IMG/VR virus record: IMGVR_UViG_3300021420_000022 | Span: 28,393 to 92,392 of that record | Origin: a virus | Length of the DNA: 64,000 nucleotides | Direction: 5' to 3' (one strand) | Shown: positions 18,304 through 28,134 of the stretch, piece after piece | How positions within the stretch are numbered: the first letter of the stretch is position 1 | Layout: each line of letters starts with the position of its first letter | Program-made: the position numbers and the translations under genes | Notes under the pieces: generated by a model | What the model saw: the letters and a program-made list of their open reading frames with translations, nothing else | Database searches by the model: none | Told to the model about the DNA's origin: nothing

Positions 18304-20381
18304 TGGGTTAGCTCCGTGCAGGAACCGGGAATAATGGTGATCGTCCCTGTTCCCGTGGCCGCTGCCTGTAATTGCAGCGTCCCGGCATTCGCTCCGTTGA
18401 TAAGCGTCAATGAAGTTCGTAAAGGCAAATTGGCGGCGATCGTTGGAGTTCCGGTTCCGGCTAAAGACGTAGCGAAGGCAGTTGCGACCGAATCGGTTGC
18501 GCTGGTAGTAGCTGTCAGGTCCGCTTTGAAGTCATAAGTCACCGCTGTCGGTGAGGCTGGGCCTGTCCACTCGATCTTTATGTCTGCCGTGGTCGCACTG
18601 GTTTGGTAATCCAGATCGCAAGTAACCTTATAATTTGTCGTTGCGTTTACGGCAAAGGAAACGCCTGTCACAGGAGTGAATGAAGTCGTTGCGTTCGTAT
18701 AGTTGCCGGTTACATAAACCGTTTGTGGAGGTAGGGCGGCTTGGTATGAAACGGTGTAATAGGTGTAATGTGCTCCATTTACACCAAGCGACCATGTTCC
18801 CGTTCCAGTGAACGACCCGGCGCTGACGTTAAGTTGCTCCTCCATCATGAGGGACGAGTTTGCCATGGCCGAAAAATTAGCTACCATCGTCCAGCCACTT
18901 CCAGCACCCCACACTCCACCACCAAGTTTTTCTCCCGCCCCCGAAAGAACCAGATTCCCGTAGGCGGCGGTGTATGCACCATTCGTCCACGTGTTCGTGT
19001 TCACAGCCCCGCTCGAACCGACCACGGCTGTATTGACCGGGGTAGCTGTAGGGGATACTCCGCGATATTCCGCTGCACACAAACCGACGATAGAACCATT
19101 CGAGCCTGTAAAATTAACGGTCACGGACGACACGCTTCCAGTGTTGGCTAAGCGCATTAACGCTGTGGTGTTGGCACTCCCATCAGTGACCGTTGCGTCC
19201 TGCGTCATGGTTGCACCGCTCGCAGTCGCACTCGTAATAGTTATGGACAGGCCCGCAACTTGTAACACAAGGAAATCACCGCTCGCGGTAGTCCAACCAA
19301 GAGATTGGGTAACGACACCGCCTGAAACATTGAGATTGCCGAAGCAACCTTGATTCACGCGACTAATAGCGCCACCTATAGGCGACGGTACGGCTACGGT
19401 TCCACACGCAGTCGCCTGCGGATTGAGCAACTGAAATTCGGTGCCGTCGTAGAGAATGATCGCGATGGCGGTCGTGGTCAGGTCGTTAGCGACGAGCGCC
19501 GTCGTGCCGCATTTCGTGATGTTCTTCGTGCCTAGCCCACTAATCGCGATGTTCGTCGCCCCGGTATTCGCAACCCCTGGCGTGAAGTTGAACACAGCCC
19601 CAGTGATATAAGCCGTGATCGCCGGGGAGACGGTCAGCGTTTGCGCGTTCGCGGTTCCTGCACTTGTCGGCAATCCGCCTTCGGAGCAGCCAAACTGCAC
19701 CGGATTCTGCAAGACCCATTCGGTGCCGTCATACTGCGCCACAGCCCAAACAGTTGAGAGCAGATCGCCAGCAACCAGAGCGACCGTGCCGCATTTAGTG
19801 ATCGCGGTTGCTGCGGTCGTCCCTGCCGCAAGCGTGGGAGCCGCCGCCGTATTTGCCGCTGTGGGCAGCCAAGTAACGTAAGTGCCAGTGGTCAGCGCGG
19901 TGATATTCGGTGTCGTGGTAACCGTCTGCGCCTGCGCCGTGCCCCCGCCAGTGCCGTAAGGGATACCGGAGCTTGGTCCGCCTCCAGTTGCGGAACTGAC
20001 ATAACCTCTCAGCTGAATATTGACGCCTCCTTGAACGAGCGCGGTGACATTCACTCTGATAAACTTTTTTGTGAAAGAGCCGGAAGCCGACCCGGTATTA
20101 AGGCACGACTGAGGAGCAACAACATCGCCACTCCCCCACGACACATTGTCGTTAGAAGAGTCAACCTGAAAGGTGCAGGACGTGGCGGTCGGAGATTCCC
20201 ATTGAACCCAGAAAAAAGAAATTCCGGTGTTCGTAAAATCACGGCCGGGACCTTGCGTTCCCGGCGAGGTAAATTGATACGAGTTGCTAATATCCTGAGC
20301 AGAAGTCGACAAAGAAAAACTCGTCAACAGCAGAGCACACGCTAGAAAAACTCCAAGAATACATTTGTTTAAGATTCTCAT
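18300..20381 (-). CDS. Signal-peptide-bearing fibre-like protein with a duplicated domain
   Basis: Two copies of GTA.AQT.T..P.ITA...ANT.A...ITKCGT.ALVA.DL...YDGTE..L.NP. Confidence 0.65.
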   Translation of the reverse strand: MRILNKCILGVFLACALLLTSFSLSTSAQDISNSYQFTSPGTQGPGRDFTNTGISFFWVQWESPTATSCTFQVDSSNDNVSWGSGDVVAPQSCLNTGSASGSFTKKFIRVNVTALVQGGVNIQLRGYVSSATGGGPSSGIPYGTGGGTAQAQTVTTTPNITALTTGTYVTWLPTAANTAAAPTLAAGTTAATAITKCGTVALVAGDLLSTVWAVAQYDGTEWVLQNPVQFGCSEGGLPTSAGTANAQTLTVSPAITAYITGAVFNFTPGVANTGATNIAISGLGTKNITKCGTTALVANDLTTTAIAIILYDGTEFQLLNPQATACGTVAVPSPIGGAISRVNQGCFGNLNVSGGVVTQSLGWTTASGDFLVLQVAGLSITITSATASGATMTQDATVTDGSANTTALMRLANTGSVSSVTVNFTGSNGSIVGLCAAEYRGVSPTATPVNTAVVGSSGAVNTNTWTNGAYTAAYGNLVLSGAGEKLGGGVWGAGSGWTMVANFSAMANSSLMMEEQLNVSAGSFTGTGTWSLGVNGAHYTYYTVSYQAALPPQTVYVTGNYTNATTSFTPVTGVSFAVNATTNYKVTCDLDYQTSATTADIKIEWTGPASPTAVTYDFKADLTATTSATDSVATAFATSLAGTGTPTIAANLPLRTSLTLINGANAGTLQLQAAATGTGTITIIPGSCTELTQ

Positions 20382-20836
20382 TGATTTGCCTTAAAAAATT
20401 GAATGAGTGCCTGGACCTCGTTTTTGGCCTGCTCGGCCTTTTGTATTGTATTTCCCAAAACGGCTGCGGTGTCGTGAGCGCCTTTAATCGCTGCGCTCAT
20501 TTCCGCTTCGACTTCTTGCAAAAAATCATAAGTGGATGTGACCGCGTCGCTCTTGCCGAAATCGAAGACCGCTGTTTTAGAAATCGAAATTCCTTCTTTC
20601 GAAGTCACTACAATGTCGAGAACTGGATTGCTAGGCCAAGCGTAGAAAAGTTGAGTGAAAAAATCGGAATGAGGATTTAATTCGTTGGCCCCGTTGACCC
20701 AAATAAGAGGAACGACGTTTACGCCCGCACTCTTAATCTCGATACTCCACGGTTCCCGGCCAGATCGCGCCATCAATTCCCGAAGAACCACAAACAAGCG
20801 GCGCTCAATTACGAGCTTAATTAAATTCGAGATCAT
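20378..20836 (-). CDS. Hypothetical protein
   Basis: SD AGGA; ATGA coupling. Confidence 0.55.
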   Translation of the reverse strand: MISNLIKLVIERRLFVVLRELMARSGREPWSIEIKSAGVNVVPLIWVNGANELNPHSDFFTQLFYAWPSNPVLDIVVTSKEGISISKTAVFDFGKSDAVTSTYDFLQEVEAEMSAAIKGAHDTAAVLGNTIQKAEQAKNEVQALIQFFKANQ

Positions 20837-21384
20837 GAGATTCCTTCTTCGGAAAAGATGCTCCTCAAAAATTTTGGTCTAGCTCTGCCCTGCGGCGGCG
20901 GCTCATGGGGGACCCCCCGCCCCGTCATAATCTATTGAAAAGAATGCTTTTAAAGCCGCGCCTTATCTATAGCTTACATCGAGCGGCTTATTCTAAAGCA
21001 CTTAAAACTTTCCGATATGGCTGCCGACTTGCGTGGGGGCAGCGGGATATGCGAGGGCTGCGTCGACAAACGCAACAGCTGCAACGGTTTGCAGGAAAGA
21101 TGCAGGCCGACCGTGCTGCGACCGTGCGGATCGACGACGGTAAACTCTTTGGATTCAGTCAGTACAACGAACAGGCTATTGATTGTACTCGCGATAAGTG
21201 CTTTGTTTGCCGGCATTTATGATTTTTCATATATTTCTATGAGAAATCATAGTGAAATCGTCACGGTCCGTCGCGGGCTAGACCTTTCGAAACTCACGAT
21301 GACATTTGAGGCACAAATAATTGTCAGTGTAATACGGATTCAATTTGTGGCCGACGGGAAAGAACAAAAGCTTATGGTTGCATT

Positions 21385-21654
21385 TCATTTCGTTCCATTC
21401 TCCCACCAAATTGAACAATACGAATTGATCTCACCGGGAATTTTGTTGCTGCCTGCTGGTTTGTCTGGTCCTTCCCATGCAATGAAACTTTTGTTTCGAC
21501 AAATCTTATTGTCGCGGTCGATCAAGTATTTGCAATTCGCACACATTGATCCACCAATCGGAACGCGCTCACCATACCTATCGTGCGGTGGCATCTCAAC
21601 GTTGTGATCACGCGCCGATCTAATCTCTTCGAGCGTTTGAATCTTCACCATCAT
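21385..21654 (-). CDS. Cys-containing hypothetical protein
   Basis: CANC...C...YCSIW. Confidence 0.55.
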   Translation of the reverse strand: MMVKIQTLEEIRSARDHNVEMPPHDRYGERVPIGGSMCANCKYLIDRDNKICRNKSFIAWEGPDKPAGSNKIPGEINSYCSIWWENGTK

Positions 21655-22070
21655 CGTTCCAATTGATAAGCAATCGCCTCGGCTTTCTCTTCACTCGTGC
21701 AATTACAAATCATGTGACCGGCCTCATGCGCCAACGTGTGGCGAACACGACGATCATCCGCGTACGTCAAATAAAATTCGTTGAGATACGTTTGGTTTTG
21801 CGGCATGAATGTGAAAGCTGAGTCCGTGTCGAGATGGTATCGCCGCTTTGCAATTTCAAATTGCTCAACAGGAATGATGTGAACGCCCCACGTGTCAGGC
21901 ATCGGTTCTTTCGTGAAGTTCAACTGATGTTCAAGTCGCTCAATGCGTGCGCGCTCCCAACTCGTTGAGCCATCAACAAACAATTGCGTTGGTGCAGCGG
22001 CTTGGCCAATCACAATCAAGAAGGCTAGCACAGCCCATAGCAGCAACAAACCTATCACAAACTTTCTCAT
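21651..22070 (-). CDS. Secreted HExxH metallopeptidase-like protein
   Basis: Signal peptide; TLAHEAGH...EEKA. Confidence 0.65.
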   Translation of the reverse strand: MRKFVIGLLLLWAVLAFLIVIGQAAAPTQLFVDGSTSWERARIERLEHQLNFTKEPMPDTWGVHIIPVEQFEIAKRRYHLDTDSAFTFMPQNQTYLNEFYLTYADDRRVRHTLAHEAGHMICNCTSEEKAEAIAYQLER

Positions 22071-22073
22071 TGC

Positions 22074-22403
22074 TTACGCAATCGCAAGATTGAATCGATA
22101 GGTCGCGCTATTGACCGCTTGCAACTGATAAAAATTAACAATCAGTTGCAACTGATTCAAAATTCGCTCAGCCATCAACTGATTACCAGCCATAGTGCCG
22201 GTCATCACAGCTTGGATATCCGCTAGCAAACGCGTCGGATTATCCAACACATCAAGCATGCCATACGTGGTCGCACTCTGCGTTCCGTGCGTAAAGCTCG
22301 CGTTTGAAATCGTGCTACCAGCCGGATTCGTCAACCACGTCACTGTAATAGTGATCGCGGCATCGCCGCTGATTGTAAAAGAGGCCGGTGCGTTAAGTGA
22401 CAT
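22074..22403 (-). CDS. Hypothetical protein
   Basis: SD GAGGAG. Confidence 0.6.
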   Translation of the reverse strand: MSLNAPASFTISGDAAITITVTWLTNPAGSTISNASFTHGTQSATTYGMLDVLDNPTRLLADIQAVMTGTMAGNQLMAERILNQLQLIVNFYQLQAVNSATYRFNLAIA

Positions 22404-22609
22404 TGGAAAATCTCCTCAAAATTTATTCAGGCCCAGAATGCGCGACGCCGAAGTTCATCTTCGAGCACCGCTTTAAACATGCGCACGTGACGCCGATATG
22501 TGAGATAGCGCTCGATGCGGCATGACACAAACACTAGCGCTGAAAATAACCCCAGCGCTAGCGCGGCACCAATTAAACCCGGAATGAAGACCATCGACTG
22601 GCCTCAATT

Positions 22610-22879
22610 TCAGAAATCGTCAGACTTGTCCGTGTGCATCGCTTCAGAAGGACCCACAGGACCTTCGTGCGCGCTGTGAGTCTGCCTTGCCCCAGACCTC
22701 CGATTCAGCACATCCGCGTCCATCGGATTCAAATCTGTGTACGTCGCCCAGCCACGCGTGATATCAGAATCAGCCGACAACTCTTCCGTTGGTGAACCAT
22801 TCACCAAAAGATCGGATTGCGGCGCGCCCGGAAAATCCCGAACGCCCTGATCGTGCGACTTATGTGTAGTCTTCGACAT
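22610..22879 (-). CDS. Hypothetical protein
   Basis: SD AGGAG. Confidence 0.6.
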   Translation of the reverse strand: MSKTTHKSHDQGVRDFPGAPQSDLLVNGSPTEELSADSDITRGWATYTDLNPMDADVLNRRSGARQTHSAHEGPVGPSEAMHTDKSDDF

Positions 22880-22917
22880 TGTGTTTCTCCTAAAAACATT
22901 TTCCGAAAGAAACGAAA

Positions 22918-23183
22918 TTATTCGTCATCTTCCGGAGTCACTACTTTCAAAATCGATCCGCTGTGTTCTGGCAATGTGGCCGGAACACTGGCAACATGAT
23001 ATTCAACGGGCCAGCTCGAAACAAAATCCTCGTGATCGCTAAATTCTTCCTCGATATCCAGCACCGCGTCAACGCCGTCGCCAAATTCTTCTTTCAAATC
23101 GTGAATCACTGCGAGCGCTTCGTCCGAAATTTTGTAATCCGTTTCGACACGGACGGTCCATTCATAAACGAATTGCGCCATTT
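22918..23183 (-). CDS. Acidic hypothetical protein, first gene of the leftward arm
   Basis: Start MAQFVY after AGGAG. Confidence 0.6.
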
Positions 23184-23354
23184 GACTCTCCTGAAATTCA
23201 GAACTGCCTGCGGATTTTAAATTGTGGCTACTCGGTCTACCCGTGGGGCTTCGAGACACCGGCCACAGCGATGTTGTGATCCTTCCGCTTGCGCGCCGGA
23301 TCGCTCTTGTTATGCCGAGATATCACGGAAGAGTACACTACTCCTTCACTCCTC

Positions 23355-23384
23355 CTAATAGATGCCGGAGTTACAACGCGAATT
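23355..23384 (-). promoter_or_regulatory. 30-bp conserved element, copy 1 (candidate late promoter)
   Basis: AATTCGCGTTGTAACTCCGGCATCTATTAG on the minus strand, pointing into the structural arm. Confidence 0.65.
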
Positions 23385-23490
23385 CCAAAAATCATAACCG
23401 TGTAAAAATGGGAGGTGTCTATATTATATAAGTATATAGTTGGTTACATACACTATATCGGCGCGCTGATTCTAAAGGACTTACCTCGGT

Positions 23491-23676
23491 ATGCCGCCAC
23501 AATGTCAGCCTCGACAGAGAATTTCGGAATTGAGGCCATTACACCTAACCTTTTTCTTTAATATTTTAATAGAACCTTAGTCTTTCATGAAGAGAGTATT
23601 TCTCTGCTGAACCCGACATTGTGGCACCATACTTTTATGCCGCCGCAAATGTCTCAGTCATGCCGCCGCAAATGTC
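23491..23676. repeat. Four ATG(C/G)(C/T)GCCRCAA(A)TGTC motifs (operator or iteron candidates)
   Basis: Copies at 23491 (+), 23615 (-), 23637 (+) and 23660 (+) in the divergent AT-rich intergenic region. Confidence 0.6.
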
Positions 23677-23939
23677 CTCACAGTTACTCCTATGTCACTA
23701 CGAAGTACTATTCTCAGCCTTGACGTTCGCGCTTCGCTCCGCCAGTCAAACCGCACTTTCTACGCCCGCCCACCATCTTACACTGTTACACTCTAATGCT
23801 GTATACTATATAAGGTGTCGACCGCCGCCGTCGCCCGTTCGGGATAGAAGTTACCCAACCTATGAGATTTCATATAATGTCCGAATTTTGAGGTCTTTCG
23901 GACTTTGCCTACAAATTCGAACATATATGTCAATTCCTG

Positions 23940-23968
23940 TTGACAAGCCGGTCGAATTCTGCTAATCT
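23940..23968 (+). promoter_or_regulatory. Sigma70-type early promoter
   Basis: TTGACA-17-TAATCT with TG extension, then GGAGGCAACCATG. Confidence 0.8.
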
Positions 23969-23985
23969 CAGGTCCGGAGGCAACC

Positions 23986-24261
23986 ATGTCCTATAAAATC
24001 GAAGTTTCCCCGGTGTCCGCCGATCTCACGCTCCGCGATCTACCAGACGGCGCGCTAGCTATCGTGCTGGACGGCGAATTCAAGGGCGAGCTCTTCTATA
24101 AGAACGTCGCAGGCCTGCACAGCATCTCTGGCAACCGTTACTGGCCGTCAGCGTACGCTGAACGGTCCCAGGGCGGCCTGAACCACTACCAAGGGCCGCT
24201 AGACGCCCGTTGCCGCCAAGTTGTGGCCGGTGACGTTCTGGCGGTGCTGGGTAACGCCTGA
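23986..24261 (+). CDS. Early hypothetical protein
   Basis: Strong promoter and SD. Confidence 0.7.
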   Translation: MSYKIEVSPVSADLTLRDLPDGALAIVLDGEFKGELFYKNVAGLHSISGNRYWPSAYAERSQGGLNHYQGPLDARCRQVVAGDVLAVLGNA

Positions 24262-24296
24262 AAGACTCGGGCTGTCAAGTTTTGTATCGAAATTAC

Positions 24297-24326
24297 TTGA
24301 CAGCCCTAACCGTTTTCAGGTAGCAT
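24297..24326 (+). promoter_or_regulatory. Sigma70-type early promoter
   Basis: TTGACA-18-TAGCAT then CTAGATATGGAGGCAACAATG. Confidence 0.75.
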
Positions 24327-24344
24327 CTAGATATGGAGGCAACA

Positions 24345-24725
24345 ATGACACCCGAACAGATCGAAAAGCAGGCCATCAACACCGAAGATCGCATCAAGGA
24401 AATTCTCCACAACTGGCATGAGGCTGGCCGGGCCGAATTCGAGCACGACTATCCCGGTCTGGCAGCGTCCCCGAATCTCAATTACGACTCCGCCCAGCAA
24501 GCCAAGCACTATCACATTGGCGCAAAGTACATCCGGCTGGATGTCGGCGGCTCCGGCGCTTTCATGCTCGATTCACACACCGGCCTGATCTACGGAATTA
24601 AGGCCTACGGCGTCCCAGACAAGAAGAAGATCGCTGGCGATGTCTCAGACCCCAACTTCACCGGCGCGTCGCTCCACCCTCTGCGCTTTCGTCGCGGAGC
24701 GTTCAATTTTGCAGGGAGGAACTAA
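24345..24725 (+). CDS. Early hypothetical protein
   Basis: GGAGG SD before MTPEQ. Confidence 0.7.
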   Translation: MTPEQIEKQAINTEDRIKEILHNWHEAGRAEFEHDYPGLAASPNLNYDSAQQAKHYHIGAKYIRLDVGGSGAFMLDSHTGLIYGIKAYGVPDKKKIAGDVSDPNFTGASLHPLRFRRGAFNFAGRN

Positions 24726-25327
24726 TGAGCAAAGCCAACAAGGCCGTTGCAGCGGGCTCCTGCCAAGCCTGCGGTCGCGTTCAGAAACTCCCGAACGATC
24801 TGCTGGCATTGCACGGCTACTCAGTGCAATGGAATACCTTCGTCGGCCAGTGCCCCGGCTCGAAGCACCTATCATACGAACAATCGTGCACTCTGATCAA
24901 GCGATTCATTGCCAGCGCGAGGGAGAGCCGCGCAGCTATTCAGGCGCGCATCGATGAACTCAACCAACCGGCCACGCAGCCGAAAGCATGGGTTAGCGAA
25001 TACATACCAGCGACCTGGCAGAATCGTCACAGTCGCTATCAGGACCGCGAAGTCTCCCTGTTCTCACATCGCGAGCAATACGTCAATAGCGACGACACCT
25101 ATCTCAACATCTGGTATCTAAATCTCGAAGGCAAACAGGAGCGAATGAGCACGCGTGGAATATATTCCAGCACAGTTCTCGACGCGGCCACTGAACTGAA
25201 CAAAAAGTTTGCCGAACAGCAGCTCGCGCCACGTGTCAAGCAACTCGATGAGTACATCCGCTGGCAACAGAAGCGTGTAATCGACTGGAAACTAAGGCCC
25301 TTACGGGACCTGAAAGAAGTGAGATAG
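24725..25327 (+). CDS. Early hypothetical protein with Zn-binding N-terminus
   Basis: GSCQACG...HGY...CPGS. Confidence 0.7.
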   Translation: MSKANKAVAAGSCQACGRVQKLPNDLLALHGYSVQWNTFVGQCPGSKHLSYEQSCTLIKRFIASARESRAAIQARIDELNQPATQPKAWVSEYIPATWQNRHSRYQDREVSLFSHREQYVNSDDTYLNIWYLNLEGKQERMSTRGIYSSTVLDAATELNKKFAEQQLAPRVKQLDEYIRWQQKRVIDWKLRPLRDLKEVR

Positions 25328-25330
25328 GGC

Positions 25331-25361
25331 TTGACAGCTCGGCCTGGTTTCAAGGTATCAT
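25331..25361 (+). promoter_or_regulatory. Sigma70-type early promoter
   Basis: TTGACA-19-TATCAT then CTAGGCATGGAGG. Confidence 0.6.
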
Positions 25362-25379
25362 CTAGGCATGGAGGACACG

Positions 25380-26795
25380 ATGCCAATCTATAAAGTTCCC
25401 GAAGAGAATTTGCCGAAACTCACTGCACAGATCGAGAAGTTGCAAAAGCGCGCCGCGAAGCTGAATGTCGGCGAGATCACTTTCACGTTGCTAGACTACA
25501 AAGAAGTCGAATATATGAAGAACGGCTTTCCGCGAATTCGCCGAATTCATGATGTCGAGATCGATGGCGCAGCACCGAAGATTGCTGGCTGGACTTTCGC
25601 CGCCACGATTCAACCGATGGTCGACGAGGACGGCAATGTCCTCGGCAACATCCTCCGCGTTGTTCCGGGCACCGAATTCACGATTCCCGCGAAGTACCGC
25701 GACGCCGTAAACAACTGCGACCACTGCCACACTGATCGACGCCGCAACGACACTTTCGTGCTGCGTTATGAGTCACGAGACTCTCAGGACCGCTGGCAGT
25801 GGAAGCAGGTAGGCCGGAACTGCCTGCGCGACTTCCTCGGCCACCAGTCGCCGGAAGCGTACGCCACAATGGCGCAAATTCTGATCGACGCGGCGACGCT
25901 GGGCGAGCTGGCCGGAGACGATGGTTATGACGGAGCGGGCAGCGGTCACCGCATCGAACGCTTCGCGGCGGAGGAGTTTTTGACCATAGCTGCCGCGATG
26001 ATTCGCACGTACGGGTTTCGCAGCAACAAGACGGCTCGTGAATTCGGCGGTCAGTCCACCTCTGGTTCTATCGACGAATTCGTGAACTGCGGTCCTGAGG
26101 CACGCAAGAAGAACTTCAAAGCGTACACCGTCACGGATGCCGACAAGCAGCAGGCCGCTGATGTTTACGCGTGGCTGCAAGGCCTCCAGAACGATGCGCG
26201 CATCGAGTCGAACGATTACCTCTACAACCTGTCATTGTTGGGGCGCGGTGCAACGTTCACCACACGCAACTTTGGTCTCGCCACCTCGGCTATCGCAACG
26301 TGGGCGAAAGAGCAAGAGCGCGAGATCAACCGCCGCAAGCGCTTCGAGGACGATGCAAAATCTCAGTATGTCGGAACGATAGGCGAGCGCATCGTGTTCA
26401 CCGCGACCGTGGTCTACACCAACAAATATGAATCGGATTTTGGTATCTCTCACTTCTGCAAATTCAAGACGGACGACGGCAACATCCTCGCCTACTTCGC
26501 GTCTAACGACATGGGCTGGGCGACAGAGCGGAAGGTTACACTCAAGGGCACCGTCAAGAAGCAAGAAGAGCGCAAGGGCGTCAAGACGACCACAGTGACC
26601 CGATGCTCGCTGTTCGTTCCGAAAGACGCGGAGAAAGCAATCAAGAAGTTACAGCACGCGATCTCGAAAGGTATCTGGTATGGCGACGGGCCTCACCGCG
26701 ATGACTACGATGAGTGTCGCGAAGCCGAGAAATTAATTCTGAAGTTGATCGACGAACTAACTCAAAGCGGTCAGCCCCAACTGGAGGTGAAATGA
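25380..26795 (+). CDS. Phage protein with a Zn site and C-terminal OB-fold (putative nucleic-acid binding)
   Basis: CDHC..DRRRN..F...QVGRNC.RDF; SQYVG..GER...TLKGTVK...T.VTRC. Confidence 0.65.
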   Translation: MPIYKVPEENLPKLTAQIEKLQKRAAKLNVGEITFTLLDYKEVEYMKNGFPRIRRIHDVEIDGAAPKIAGWTFAATIQPMVDEDGNVLGNILRVVPGTEFTIPAKYRDAVNNCDHCHTDRRRNDTFVLRYESRDSQDRWQWKQVGRNCLRDFLGHQSPEAYATMAQILIDAATLGELAGDDGYDGAGSGHRIERFAAEEFLTIAAAMIRTYGFRSNKTAREFGGQSTSGSIDEFVNCGPEARKKNFKAYTVTDADKQQAADVYAWLQGLQNDARIESNDYLYNLSLLGRGATFTTRNFGLATSAIATWAKEQEREINRRKRFEDDAKSQYVGTIGERIVFTATVVYTNKYESDFGISHFCKFKTDDGNILAYFASNDMGWATERKVTLKGTVKKQEERKGVKTTTVTRCSLFVPKDAEKAIKKLQHAISKGIWYGDGPHRDDYDECREAEKLILKLIDELTQSGQPQLEVK

Positions 26796-26998
26796 GAATT
26801 CATCCGAGCATCACGATTGACCAAGTTGTAGAAGCTGTTGAAAGGCGGATGACCAGTTTGGACAATCCCGGCTTCTGCATTGTTTGCGGCGCGGAGGCCG
26901 ACGGCTGCGAGCCTGACGCCCGAAAGTACGAATGCGAATCTTGCGGCAAACGCGGCGTCTATGGTGCTGAAGAACTACTTCTAATAATGGCGGCATAA
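26792..26998 (+). CDS. Small zinc-ribbon protein
   Basis: GFCIVCG...CEPDARKYECESCG..VYGAEE. Confidence 0.7.
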   Translation: MRIHPSITIDQVVEAVERRMTSLDNPGFCIVCGAEADGCEPDARKYECESCGKRGVYGAEELLLIMAA

Positions 26999-27008
26999 TG
27001 GGGGCAAA

Positions 27009-27590
27009 ATGAGAACACTTCTGATCGCTCTATTTCTCTCGACACTAGGTGGCGGTCTTGTAATCTCACAGGCCGCCTATGAGCCCGGCCCACGCTCAAC
27101 CACGAGGCTAGCGCGAGCACAAACACCCGACACTATCAAGTCGGGGATTCGGTCCGAACGTATCGAAAAGTTTCTCAAGCAGCAGGCTCGCGTTGCACGC
27201 ATGCTTTACCTGTCACATGGCTGCAGCGACGCTTACGCGGACCTGACCGCACGCACGGCCTACGAATACGGACTACCAGTTCGACTGGTCGCTAGCGTGG
27301 TGATTGTCGAATCGACCTGCCGCCCACGGGTCGTATCGAGCGAGGGCGCGGTGGGGCTGATGCAGGTCAGCCTGATCTGGCATATTGGCCGCCATCAGCT
27401 GGAGGACCCAGCGTTCAATCTGAGGAAAGGATCGGAGATTTTGGCGCGGTACACTCGGCAGTATGGCCTACGTGAAGGTCTGCATCACTACAATGGCATG
27501 GGAATGGGGTGTCCGGCCTGTGACGCGGGATATACAGACAAGGTGCTGCTAGTCGCTGGCCTTGCGCCCTACAGTGCAGGCACGCGTTAG
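27009..27590 (+). CDS. Lytic transglycosylase (SLT family) with N-terminal signal or anchor
   Basis: VIVES (catalytic Glu), S..GAVGLMQV, DP..N...G...L, HYNG. Confidence 0.88.
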   Translation: MRTLLIALFLSTLGGGLVISQAAYEPGPRSTTRLARAQTPDTIKSGIRSERIEKFLKQQARVARMLYLSHGCSDAYADLTARTAYEYGLPVRLVASVVIVESTCRPRVVSSEGAVGLMQVSLIWHIGRHQLEDPAFNLRKGSEILARYTRQYGLREGLHHYNGMGMGCPACDAGYTDKVLLVAGLAPYSAGTR

Positions 27591-27659
27591 CGCCTATGGA
27601 ACGGTGTACCCGAATAGGGTACGCTAGTCCCCGAAAAGGGTACGGCCTAAAAATAGGTG

Positions 27660-27688
27660 TTGACACGGTTTCGGCATTCTGGTAGCAT
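27660..27688 (+). promoter_or_regulatory. Sigma70-type early promoter
   Basis: TTGACA-17-TAGCAT then TTAGACATGGAGGCAACCATG. Confidence 0.8.
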
Positions 27689-27706
27689 TTAGACATGGAG
27701 GCAACC

Positions 27707-27895
27707 ATGCAAAGGATAATAGCTCAGCGCGTAGTCAACACGAAGGCGCATCTTCAAGAAGTTCTCGACCAATTTGTTCAGGACGAGGCAGACGCGATCT
27801 ACATCACGAATGCGGACGGCGAGCCAGTGCTGATCAAGCTGTTTGAGGAGACCCTCACGGACGGCTCGATCGTCTACAATCTGGTGATAAGCTAA
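27707..27895 (+). CDS. Early hypothetical protein
   Basis: GGAGG SD before MQRII. Confidence 0.6.
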   Translation: MQRIIAQRVVNTKAHLQEVLDQFVQDEADAIYITNADGEPVLIKLFEETLTDGSIVYNLVIS

Positions 27896-28134
27896 TGACA
27901 AACCGCGAAACGTTTCTCGCAACCTATCACGAGCAGTTGCGCAACGCCATCCTGACCCACCCGGAAGAGTACGCTTACCCGGTCAGCGAGCTGGAATTCG
28001 TGTTTGCGCGCATGACCGCCGCTATCGAGCGGGGCTCGTTTAGCAAAGACTCTCCGGCCTTCCGGGCGACGTGCAAGGCCCTCGGCATCAACCACACTTA
28101 TAAGGCGATCAAGGCCTACTTGGAGGCACAATGA
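27895..28134 (+). CDS. Early hypothetical protein
   Basis: TAATG coupling. Confidence 0.6.
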   Translation: MTNRETFLATYHEQLRNAILTHPEEYAYPVSELEFVFARMTAAIERGSFSKDSPAFRATCKALGINHTYKAIKAYLEAQ

